Assembly (NCBI GenBank): GCA_963734665.1
Contig: CAVTIR010000009.1
Span: 12,498 to 76,497 of the forward strand
DNA length: 64,000 bases
Source of the DNA: an uncultured Actinomycetota bacterium
GTDB lineage: Bacteria; Actinomycetota; Actinomycetes; Streptosporangiales; Streptosporangiaceae
Reading direction: 5' to 3'
The position numbers were made by a program, and so were the translations under genes. This document shows, one piece after another, positions 49,200 to 58,516 of the stretch. Each line of letters begins with the position of its first letter. The stretch's first letter is position 1. The notes beneath the pieces were generated by a model. The model did not search any database. It worked only from the letters and a program-made list of their open reading frames with translations, and was not told where the DNA came from.

Positions 49200-50489
49200 G
49201 TGCCTGAATTGCCGGAGGTTGAGACTGTTCGCGCCGGGCTTGAGCACCATGTCGTGGGGCGCACCGTCGCGACCGCCGAGGTCCTGAACCCGAGAGCGGT
49301 GCGCCGCGACCCCGCCGGGCCTGACGGGTTCGCCGCAGCGATGGCCGGCCGCACGTTCCTGCGCGCCGAACGCCGCGGCAAGTACCTCTGGTGTGCCCTG
49401 GACGACGGCTGGGTTGCGCGCCCGATGGCAAAAACCGCCACCATATCGGGCCCGCAACCCAGCCATACCTCCCGGGAGGACGACCCCCCGTACCCCCCGA
49501 CGGAGGCGCTCCTCGCGCACCTCGGGATGAGCGGCCAGCTCCTAGTCGGCGACCCGGACCTCCCGCTGTCGGCGCACGTCCGCGCCCGGTTCACTTTTAC
49601 CGACGGCGGTCCCGACCTGCGCTTCACCGACCAGCGCACTTTTGGCCATTTGATGTTGGTGGAACTCTGTGCTTCTCCTTCCCGCGGGGGGACGACCCCC
49701 CTGCACTCTGCTTCCCGCGGGGGGACGACCCCCCTGCACCCCCCGCGTATGGGAGGGCTTCGCCCCCCCATAGCCCCCCCACGGGAGGACGCGCAAACAC
49801 CGCGCGCCCCCCGCACTGTGGCTGGGGTTAAAGATCAGTGGTTGCTGTCATCAGGCGGCCCACAACCCGGGCCGCCTAGCGCTGTGGCTGGGGTTAAGGA
49901 TCCGTGGTTGGGGTCGGCAGGCGCCGCAGAACCCGCGGCGCCTAGCGCTGTGGCTGGGGTTAAACCGGCGGTGGTTGCTGGTGAGGATGTGGCTGCGGAT
50001 GAACCGGCGGTGGTGGCTGTTCGACCTATGCGTCTCGTGCCCGTGCCGATCGCGCATATTGCGCCCGACCCGCTTGAGGAGGCCTTCGACCCCAAGGACT
50101 TCGCGGCCCGGCTGGCCCGCAAGAAGACCCAGGTCAAGCGCGCGCTCCTCGACCAGTCGCTGATCAGCGGGATCGGCAACATCTATGCCGACGAGGCGCT
50201 CTGGCGCGCGAAGCTGCACTGGGCGCGGCCGACGGAAACCCTCAAGCGGACCGAGGTGTCCCGGCTGCTTGAGGCGGTCCACGACGTGCTGACAGAAGCG
50301 CTCAAGGCCGGCGGGACGTCCTTCGACGCGCTCTACGTGAACGTGAACGGGGAGAGCGGGTACTTCGACCGGTCGCTGAACGCCTACGGCAGGGAGGGCG
50401 AGCCATGCGGCCGCTGTGCCACCCCGATCCGCCGCGATGCGTTCATGAACCGCTCCTCCTACAGCTGCCCCCGCTGCCAGAAGTTGTGA
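49200..50489 (+). CDS. mutM: Formamidopyrimidine-DNA glycosylase with two in-frame repeat-derived insertions
   Basis: [53 protein letters not shown]; 429 aa versus roughly 270-290 aa for typical Fpg. Confidence 0.95.
   Translation: MPELPEVETVRAGLEHHVVGRTVATAEVLNPRAVRRDPAGPDGFAAAMAGRTFLRAERRGKYLWCALDDGWVARPMAKTATISGPQPSHTSREDDPPYPPTEALLAHLGMSGQLLVGDPDLPLSAHVRARFTFTDGGPDLRFTDQRTFGHLMLVELCASPSRGGTTPLHSASRGGTTPLHPPRMGGLRPPIAPPREDAQTPRAPRTVAGVKDQWLLSSGGPQPGPPSAVAGVKDPWLGSAGAAEPAAPSAVAGVKPAVVAGEDVAADEPAVVAVRPMRLVPVPIAHIAPDPLEEAFDPKDFAARLARKKTQVKRALLDQSLISGIGNIYADEALWRAKLHWARPTETLKRTEVSRLLEAVHDVLTEALKAGGTSFDALYVNVNGESGYFDRSLNAYGREGEPCGRCATPIRRDAFMNRSSYSCPRCQKL
49407..49502 (+). repeat. Family-1 element (B+A) inside mutM, 96 nt = 32 codons
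   Basis: Hairpin GGCTGGGTTGCG..GATGGCAAAAACCGCCA..CGCAACCCAGCC, then GGGAGGACGACCCCCCGTACCCCCCGA. Confidence 0.93.
49677..49965 (+). repeat. Composite element inside mutM (2 x module A variant + 3 x ~66-bp unit)
   Basis: TTCCCGCGGGGGGACGACCCCCCTGCAC x2; CTGTGGCTGGGGTTAA x3. Confidence 0.9.
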
Positions 50490-50542
50490 CGCAAGCCAAC
50501 GGCCCCGGCCACTGGGCGAAGGGACATTTCCCTCGCCTCGCC

Positions 50543-50687
50543 GGACGTCGGCCCGGCTCCCCACGGCGGACTCGGAGATAGTGGATCGGCGTGCACGCCA
50601 TAGCGCGCACGCCGATCCACTATCCCTCCCTCGCATCGCGGGCTGCCCGGTATGCCCGGTTCCAGCCACGGCCGGCCGCCCGGCCCA
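50543..50687 (-). repeat. Family-2 element, copy 3 (48-nt hairpin at 50577-50624)
   Basis: Reverse-complement homologue of 34775-34922. Confidence 0.88.
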
Positions 50688-51094
50688 CAGGTCACCCTGG
50701 AACATGAAAATCCTGTAGCTTGCGTTGGTCGCGCTCGGCGTCAGCTAGCCCGGCATCCGAACAGGCCAGGGCATGATCGCGAAGCACAAGTTTGGCCGAC
50801 GCGCTAGGTGTTCTGGGGAGTTCGCGGCGCTCAAGCACGTGAGGTCTGTCACCTTTGGCTGGCCCACTGGTAGGATTGGACCAGCAGAAAGGCCCCAGAT
50901 GTAGGGGTTTTGTGCGTGCGATCGTTTGTTTGAGGGTCGCATCTTTGGTAAGATTGGGGACATAACGGGTGACAGGCTTCTCTCAACTTGACCTCTAAAG
51001 ATCATGGTGAGACCCTGTAACTGTTGCCCGCACGCACGGGCGTGCGGTTCACATTGTGCCCACTCTGGTCACTCAGTGTGGAGGACCTTTCATC

Positions 51095-51289
51095 ATGTCA
51101 AAGGCTCTATTCGGCCACGTCGGCGGTCCCGACCCGCGTATGGTCTCCGAAATGCGTCGTCTCCAGCAGCGTGTTCGCGACCTGGAAGCCGAGCTTGCCC
51201 GGCTCCAGAACGAGAACGATTCGCTTGCTGCGGGACTCACGCACGACGAGGACGTGCTCATTCTCGACCGCGAGCCCGCGCTCACCTGA
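51095..51289 (+). CDS. Small coiled-coil protein typical of the actinomycete region upstream of smc
   Basis: MSKALFGHVGGPDPR..EMRRLQQRVRDLEAEL; RBS GGAGG. Confidence 0.85.
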   Translation: MSKALFGHVGGPDPRMVSEMRRLQQRVRDLEAELARLQNENDSLAAGLTHDEDVLILDREPALT

Positions 51290-51373
51290 CGATCTCAGGT
51301 AGCCCTGAATCCAGGGAAAGCGCTGCTCGGCCCGCTACCAGCGGGTCCGGTAAGGCAACCTCAGAAAACGAAC

Positions 51374-51399
51374 AAGGGACGCCCTTCCAGGCGTCCCTT
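51374..51399 (+). terminator. Hairpin terminator
   Basis: AAGGGACGCC-cttcca-GGCGTCCCTT. Confidence 0.75.
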
Positions 51400-51729
51400 A
51401 ATCGTTTTGTGACACGATTGCGCCCGTTATGGGTGGTATGCGGTGGTTCGGTGGTTCTTGGCTACGCAAGGTGTATTGCCGTGCGCGAAATCGCACGGCG
51501 CTTTCACGTGCGGCCCAGTGTGGCATCAAACACACTCCAGGCATTACGCAGTTGCGTACGCGTGTGCCCGATTTACCCTAGCGGTCATTGATTGGTCGCC
51601 TGTTGTTCGAGGGATTTTCCCGGTCCCGTGCCGTTTCCGGCGGTCCGCTCTGCGGGGCGGTAATGTTCGGGAGGCGGTGATGTTCGCAGGCGTCGCATCG
51701 CGTGGCAGTTTCGGGGGAGGAGAGGGCGC

Positions 51730-54700
51730 GTGTACCTGAAGTCCCTCACGCTCCGCGGCTTCAAGTCGTTCGCCTCCGCGACCACGCTGCGCCTTGAGCC
51801 GGGCATCACCTGCGTTGTCGGCCCCAATGGCTCCGGCAAGTCCAACGTCGTTGACGCCCTTTCCTGGGTCATGGGCGAGCAGGGCGCGAAAAGCCTCCGT
51901 GGCGGCAAGATGGAAGACGTCATCTTCGCCGGCACCACGAACCGGGCTCCCCTCGGCCGTGCCGAGGTAGCGCTGACCATCGACAACAGCGACGGCGCCC
52001 TCCCGATCGACTACGCCGAGGTGACGATCAGCCGCCTGATGTTCCGCTCCGGGCAGAGCGAGTACGCGATTAACGGCGACAGCTGCCGCCTGCTCGACGT
52101 GCAGGACCTCCTGTCCGACAGCGGTCTCGGCCGGGAGATGCACGTCATCGTCGGCCAAGGGCAGCTCGACCAGATCCTGCACGCGGGACCCGAGGCAAGA
52201 CGGGCGATCATCGAGGAGGCGGCCGGCGTACTCAAGCACCGCAAGCGCAAGGAGAAGGCGCTTCGCAAGCTTGACGCCATGCAGGCCAACCTGACCAGGC
52301 TCGTCGACCTGACCAACGAGCTCGGCAGGCGGCTCAAGCCGCTGGGCAGGCAGGCCGAGGTCGCGCGGAGGGCCGCCACGATCCAGGCGGACCTGCGCGA
52401 CGCCAAGCTCCGGCTGCTCGCCGACGACTACGTGCACTTGCGGGACAAACTGGAACGCGAGGAAGCCGACGAGGCCGCGATCCGTGCCCGCCGCAGCGAG
52501 CTTGAGGCCGCCCTCGCCGGTGCGCGCGCACGGGAGGCTGCGTTCGACGTCGCGGTCCAGGCGCAGGCCGCCGCGCTCGCCCAGGCGCAGCAGACCTGGT
52601 TCGCGCTGTCCTCGCTCACCGAGAAGCTCCGCTCCGTCCAGGGCCTGGCCGCCGAGCGGGTCCGGCTGCTCGCCGCCGACCAGGAGCCGGAACGCCCCGG
52701 CCGTGACCCCGACGAGCTTGAGCGGCAGGCCGCCGAGCTCCGTGCGGAAGAGGACGGGCTGACCGAGCGGCTCACCGAGGGCCGCGAGGCCCTGGCAGAG
52801 TCCGTCGCGATGAGGACGGTGGCCGAGGGCGCACTCGCTTCTGCCGAACGCAGGCTTGCCGATGCCGCCAGGGCCGCCGCCGGCCGCGCCGAGCGCCTCG
52901 CCCGGCTGCGCGGCATGGTCGACGCCGCGGCGAGCCGTGCCGCCGCGACCAGCGAGGAGATCGACCGGCTGACCGCCGCCGCCGAGCAGGCCCGCGCCCG
53001 CGCCGAGCGCGCCCAGCAGGAGTACAGCCAGGTCCAGGACGTCGTCGACGACGGCGACTCGGACCGCAGCGGCCTCGCCGCCGAGCTGGACAAGGCACAA
53101 AGAGAACACAACCAGCATTCCGAACGAGTGGTTGCTGCGCGCAAAGCAGAACGCGCTGCCAACAGCGAGGTGGCCGCCCTGCGTGCCCGCGTGGAGGCGC
53201 TCAACGAAACCCTCCGCCAGGGCGTCGACGCGACGGCCGCGGTCCTCGCGGACCCGGACCGCTTCCGTGGCGTCCTAGGCTCCTTCGCCGCCCAGCTCAC
53301 GGTCACCGACGGCTACCAGAAGGCCATCGCCGCCGCCCTGGGCGCCGCCGCCGAGGCCTTGACGGTAAACGGCCTCGACGCCGCCATCGAAGTCCTCACC
53401 GGCCTCCGAAGCGCAAACGCCGGCATGGTAGGCCTGGTAATCGCGGGCAAGCGCGATGAGCCGACAGACGCCGGGGGCGAGCAAGGGCAGGCTCCCAACC
53501 GGCTCGAAAGCGCAAACGGCCCCAATCCAACCGGCTCGATTGCGCAACCGGCCTCGATAGAGGCGGGTGAAAGCGCAATCGACCCCAGTGCTGTCGGCCC
53601 CGCGCGTCCCGATGTCCCCCTGCGTATCGCGCTCCCGGATGGCGCCCGGTGGGCGGCCGACCTTGTGACGGCGCCTGCGGAGCTTTTCGGAGCGGTCCGG
53701 GAACTGCTTGGCGACGTTGCGGTCGCGGGTGGGCTGGAGCAGGCCGCCGGATTCGTTCGGGATAATCCTGAGTTTCGTGTGGTGACTGCGGACGGCGACC
53801 TGATCGGGGCGCACTGGGCGCGCGGCGGGTCGGCCAGCGGGCAGTCGCTGCTCGACGTGCGAGCCGCGGCCGACGAGGCCGCGGCGAAGTTCGCGGCCGC
53901 CGAGCTGGCCAGCGAGGCGGCGGCGGATATCCTCGCCACCGCGACCGAGGCGCAGGAGACCGCCAGGCAGGAGCTTGAGGAGTTCCGCGGCCGGATGCGG
54001 GCCGTGGACGCGGCCGCAGCGGAGATCTCCGGTCGGCTTGGCCGGCTGGCGGGGGCCGCGCGGGCCGCCGCCGACGAGGCCAAGCGGATCGACGCCTCTG
54101 CGGGCGCGGCGCAGCGTAGCGCGGAGAAAGACCAGGCCAAGCTCGCGCAGCTGAAGGGCGAGCTCGCCGAGGCGGAAGCCGAAGAGGAGCGCGCGAGCGA
54201 CCCGCAGTTCGAGGACATGCAGGCCGACGAAGAGCGCGAGGAACTGACCCAGCGGGCCGCCGCGGCGCGCAACTCCGAGATGGAGGCGCGCCTCGAGGTG
54301 CGCACCGTCGAGGAGCGGCTGCGGGCGATCAGCGGCCGGGCCGACTCGCTCGCCGCGTCGGCCGCCGCGGAGCGGGCCGCCAGGGAACGGGCCGCGGTCA
54401 GGCGCAAGCAACGGGCCGCCCAGGCGTCGGTCGCCCGCGCGGTCGCCGCGGGGGCTAGCCTCGCGGTGTCCTCGGCCGAGTCGTCCCTGGCGCTCGCGGC
54501 GGAGCAGCGGTCTGAGGCCGAGGCGGCTAGCGCGAGCGGCACGGATGCGCTCAAGGCCGTGCGCGCACAGATGAGCGTCGTGTCCGGCGAACTCGACAAG
54601 GTCGTGAACACCGCGCACGGAACCGAGATCTCCCGCAACGAGCACCGGCTGCGGCTCGAGCAGCTGGCCTCGCACGTGACGGACGAGTACAGCATCGAGC

Positions 54701-56022
54701 CCGGCGCGCTGCTTTCCGAATACGGCCCGGACACGCTGATCCTGGTACCGGGGGACTCTCCGCTCGCCGCAGCCGCGAAGAGGCGCGGCACCGCCGTCAC
54801 TGGCCCCGCTCTCCCCAGTGCCGCAGCAGCTGCCCAGTCGGAGCCCGCCGAGCGCCTAGAGCCGAACGCACAGCTCACTCCTGAGGCCTCGTCAGACTCG
54901 CGGGCTCCGTCCAGCGCCGACGCCGCTCCCGCGCAGCCCGCTCCCCGGACGTCGGTTTCGTCTGTTTCGCAGCCCGGCGCGCCCGTCTCCGCCGTGCAGA
55001 CCCCGGGCGCAGCACAGAGCGCTCTTGCCGCGCCTGGGTCTGATGCGGGCGCGGCACAACCTGGGTCGGCCGTTGCTTTCTCTGACGAATCCGTAATGTC
55101 GGGCGCTGGCGCGCCCGACATTACGGAAATTTCGGGATCGTCGGCGTCCCTCTCGCCTTCGGACGCGGCGTCCGAAGGATCTGAGACGTCAGAGCCGCTC
55201 TCCCTGGCAGACGCGCTGCGTGCGGTCCGGGTCGAGGCAGCAGCGGCGGAAGCGGTGCCGGACGAGGCCCGGACCGCGAACCCCGAGTCAGGCCAGGCGC
55301 GCAAGGCCAGGAAGGCGGCGGCCGCGCCGGCAGAGCCGGAGATCGTCGGCGTGCCCTATGTGCGTGAGGAACAGGAGGCGCGGGCCGCCGAGGCCGAGCG
55401 GCAGCTCACCAGGCTCGGCAAGGTCAACCCGCTCGCGCTTGAGGAGTACGCGGCGCTGCAGGAGCGGCACCAGTTCCTCGCGATGCAGCTTGAAGACCTG
55501 CGCAAGACCCGCCGCGACCTGCTCATGGTCGTCAAGGAGGTCGACGACCGGGTGCAGGAGGTGTTCGCCTCCGCCTTCGCCGACACCGCGCGCGAGTTCG
55601 AGGGGCTGTTCGCCCGGCTGTTCCCCGGCGGCGCCGGACGGCTCATCCTGACCGAGCCCGACGACATGCTGACGACCGGCATCGAGATCGAGGCCAGGCC
55701 GCCGGGCAAGAAGGTCAAGCGGCTGTCCCTGCTGTCCGGCGGCGAGCGGTCGCTGACGGCGATCGCCTACCTGTTCGCCATCTTCAAGGCGCGCCCGTCG
55801 CCCTTCTACGTGCTTGACGAGGTCGAGGCGGCGCTCGACGACACCAACCTGCAGCGCCTGCTCGGCGTTTTCACTGAGCTCCAGGAAAGCTCACAGCTCA
55901 TCGTCATCACTCACCAGCGCCGCACCATGGAGGCGGCCGATGCCCTCTACGGCGTCTCGATGCGCGGCGACGGCGTGTCCCAGGTAATCAGCCAGCGCGT
56001 CCGCGAACCAGAGCCGGCCTAA
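51730..56022 (+). CDS. smc: Chromosome segregation protein SMC, enlarged by two insertions
   Basis: GFKSF, GPNGSGKSN, LSGGE, LDEVEAALD, ITHQ; 1430 aa. Confidence 0.97.
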   Translation: MYLKSLTLRGFKSFASATTLRLEPGITCVVGPNGSGKSNVVDALSWVMGEQGAKSLRGGKMEDVIFAGTTNRAPLGRAEVALTIDNSDGALPIDYAEVTISRLMFRSGQSEYAINGDSCRLLDVQDLLSDSGLGREMHVIVGQGQLDQILHAGPEARRAIIEEAAGVLKHRKRKEKALRKLDAMQANLTRLVDLTNELGRRLKPLGRQAEVARRAATIQADLRDAKLRLLADDYVHLRDKLEREEADEAAIRARRSELEAALAGARAREAAFDVAVQAQAAALAQAQQTWFALSSLTEKLRSVQGLAAERVRLLAADQEPERPGRDPDELERQAAELRAEEDGLTERLTEGREALAESVAMRTVAEGALASAERRLADAARAAAGRAERLARLRGMVDAAASRAAATSEEIDRLTAAAEQARARAERAQQEYSQVQDVVDDGDSDRSGLAAELDKAQREHNQHSERVVAARKAERAANSEVAALRARVEALNETLRQGVDATAAVLADPDRFRGVLGSFAAQLTVTDGYQKAIAAALGAAAEALTVNGLDAAIEVLTGLRSANAGMVGLVIAGKRDEPTDAGGEQGQAPNRLESANGPNPTGSIAQPASIEAGESAIDPSAVGPARPDVPLRIALPDGARWAADLVTAPAELFGAVRELLGDVAVAGGLEQAAGFVRDNPEFRVVTADGDLIGAHWARGGSASGQSLLDVRAAADEAAAKFAAAELASEAAADILATATEAQETARQELEEFRGRMRAVDAAAAEISGRLGRLAGAARAAADEAKRIDASAGAAQRSAEKDQAKLAQLKGELAEAEAEEERASDPQFEDMQADEEREELTQRAAAARNSEMEARLEVRTVEERLRAISGRADSLAASAAAERAARERAAVRRKQRAAQASVARAVAAGASLAVSSAESSLALAAEQRSEAEAASASGTDALKAVRAQMSVVSGELDKVVNTAHGTEISRNEHRLRLEQLASHVTDEYSIEPGALLSEYGPDTLILVPGDSPLAAAAKRRGTAVTGPALPSAAAAAQSEPAERLEPNAQLTPEASSDSRAPSSADAAPAQPAPRTSVSSVSQPGAPVSAVQTPGAAQSALAAPGSDAGAAQPGSAVAFSDESVMSGAGAPDITEISGSSASLSPSDAASEGSETSEPLSLADALRAVRVEAAAAEAVPDEARTANPESGQARKARKAAAAPAEPEIVGVPYVREEQEARAAEAERQLTRLGKVNPLALEEYAALQERHQFLAMQLEDLRKTRRDLLMVVKEVDDRVQEVFASAFADTAREFEGLFARLFPGGAGRLILTEPDDMLTTGIEIEARPPGKKVKRLSLLSGGERSLTAIAYLFAIFKARPSPFYVLDEVEAALDDTNLQRLLGVFTELQESSQLIVITHQRRTMEAADALYGVSMRGDGVSQVISQRVREPEPA
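53496..53585 (+). repeat. Family-3 element (half copy + full copy) inside smc
   Basis: CAACCGGCTCGA..GCGCAA at 53496 and 53528; 46/58 identity to the reverse complement of 30951-31008. Confidence 0.8.
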
Positions 56023-56257
56023 GCGCAGACCTTTTACTCGGACATCGGTGGCCGCCAAGAACGTTGGGTCCGTTCGGAAACTGCCATGGGCGGGGGCGGC
56101 CGGCCCGCCTTGGGGGCCATAGGGCCAGAACGAGTCCGTGTACGGGGCGTGCCGAGCAAAGGGGCGGGCATGTTGTAGCGTGCTCAAGGGGCGTGAACGC
56201 GGACGGACGGTGCGCGGGCCGCGTCGGGGCATGCCGTTCAGGGAGACTGTGGCTTAT

Positions 56258-57448
56258 ATGACTGCGTACATCATCCTCATCGTGGTGGTCGCCGTGCTGC
56301 TGCTAGGTACGGGCGGCACGATGCTGCTGCGGCCGCGCGGCATGCACGGGGTCCGCCGCAGCCGGGCACGCGAGCTCGATCTCAGCGGCTCGACGCCGAG
56401 GGCCGAGGACGATACATCAAGCGGATCCGGAACGGCCACGGCCACAGTCGCTCCGCCGGCCCCGCCGGCGGAGCGCCCAACGCAGCCTGAGGCGCCGCCG
56501 CGGCCAAGCCTGGAGAAGCCGCCGCCGTCGGCCGGGCGCATGGTCCGGCTCCGGGCACGGCTGGCCAGGTCGCAGAGCGGCTTCGGCAACGCGCTGCTCG
56601 CCCTGCTGTCGCGGGACCGGCTCGACGATGACACCTGGGACGAGATCGAAGAGGTCCTGATCACCGCCGACGTCGGGGTGGCGCCGGCCAGGCAGATCAC
56701 GTCGGACCTGCGGACACGGGTCAAGGTCGAGGGGGCGAGGACCCCGGACGAGGTCCGCGCCATGCTCCGCGCCGAGCTGCTCACTCAGGTGGAGACCGAG
56801 GCGAGCCGGAGCCTGCAGACCCAAAGGCACGAGGGCCGCCCCGCGGTCGTGCTCGTCGTCGGCGTCAACGGAACGGGGAAGACGACCACGTGCGGCAAGC
56901 TAGCGAGGTCGCTGGTCGGCGACGGGCAGACGGTGGTGCTCGGTGCCGCCGACACGTTCCGCGCCGCCGCGGCCGATCAGCTCGAGACGTGGGGCGAGCG
57001 GGTCGGCGCGAAGGTCGTCCGCTCCGACAAGGAGCAGGCGGACCCGGCGAGCGTCGCCTTCGACGCGGTGGCCGTCGGCATCGAGCAGGAGGCGGACGTC
57101 GTGCTCATCGACACTGCGGGCCGCCTGCACACGAAGAACGACCTGATGGACGAGCTCGGCAAGGTCAAGCGGGTCGTCGAGAAGCGGACCGCCGTGGACG
57201 AGGTGCTCCTCGTGCTCGACGCCACCACGGGACAGAACGGGCTCCGCCAGGCACGAGTGTTCGCGGAAGTGGTTGACGTGACCGGCATCGTGCTCACCAA
57301 GCTGGACGGGACCGCCAAGGGCGGCATCGTGATCGCCGTGCAGCGCGAGCTCGGCGTCCCCGTGAAGCTGGTCGGCCTCGGCGAGGGACCCGATGACCTC
57401 GCACCGTTCGACCCGGGCACGTTCGTCGACGCAATCCTCGGCGACTGA
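56258..57448 (+). CDS. ftsY: Signal recognition particle receptor FtsY
   Basis: GVNGTGKTTT, DTFRAAA, DTAGR, TKLDGTAKGG; N-terminal TM helix. Confidence 0.97.
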   Translation: MTAYIILIVVVAVLLLGTGGTMLLRPRGMHGVRRSRARELDLSGSTPRAEDDTSSGSGTATATVAPPAPPAERPTQPEAPPRPSLEKPPPSAGRMVRLRARLARSQSGFGNALLALLSRDRLDDDTWDEIEEVLITADVGVAPARQITSDLRTRVKVEGARTPDEVRAMLRAELLTQVETEASRSLQTQRHEGRPAVVLVVGVNGTGKTTTCGKLARSLVGDGQTVVLGAADTFRAAAADQLETWGERVGAKVVRSDKEQADPASVAFDAVAVGIEQEADVVLIDTAGRLHTKNDLMDELGKVKRVVEKRTAVDEVLLVLDATTGQNGLRQARVFAEVVDVTGIVLTKLDGTAKGGIVIAVQRELGVPVKLVGLGEGPDDLAPFDPGTFVDAILGD

Positions 57449-57845
57449 GCAGTTATCCCCCGGGGGGACGACCCCCCGTACCCCCCGATGTCCGCCCGGC
57501 CGGGCCTGATCGCAAAAACCGCGATCGTATCAGGCCCGCCCGTGCGGACGAAAAACCCTCGGGGGACGACCCCCCGTACCCCCCATGTCCGCCCGGCCGG
57601 GCCTGATCGCAAAAACCGCGATCGTATCAGGCCCGCCCGTGCGGACGAAAAACCCTCGGGGGACGACCCCCCGTACCCCCCGATGTCCGCCCGGCCGGGC
57701 CTGATCGCAAAAACCGCGATCGTATCAGGCCCGCCCGTGCGGACGAAAAACCCTCGGGGGACGACCCCCCGTACCCCCCGATGTCCCCCAGGGGGTCCTG
57801 ATCGTAGGAAAAGACGCGATCGCATCAGGCCCGCCAGGGCGGACC
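57449..57845 (+). repeat. Tandem array of family-1 A+B units, period 97-98 bp, 4 units (last one degenerate)
   Basis: GACGACC at 57467, 57565, 57662, 57760; starts immediately after the ftsY stop. Confidence 0.95.
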
Positions 57846-57913
57846 ACGGGGGCGTGGCTAGCCTCCTAGAGGCTAGGCCGGTACGCTTGCTGACGTTGCT
57901 TTTGCGTGTCTGT

Positions 57914-58364
<451 letters not shown>

Positions 58365-58516
58365 GCTGAGCGCCCCGCTGCGGCGCCGGCTGCACCGATT
58401 GAACGGGCAGCCGGGGCCGCGGCAAGGCAGTGCGAGCGCGTCTCGCAGTTGGGGGCCAGTACCGCGAGCGTGGCATGCCCATGACGGGGCCGCGCACTAT
58501 TCATTCGGGGGACCTG

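Noticed and set aside
49668-50030. Intein or group I/II intron in mutM
   Set aside because: No Cys/Ser...His-Asn intein termini, no homing endonuclease or RT, and it is too short and repetitive for a self-splicing intron core.
51544-55304. Long antisense ORFs over smc (and similar ones over leuC, pnt, recG, glnD, murT)
   Set aside because: Typical shadow ORFs of high-GC coding DNA, with no recognisable motifs.
57449-57845. CRISPR array
   Set aside because: Whole 97-98 bp units repeat with no unique spacers, leader or cas genes.
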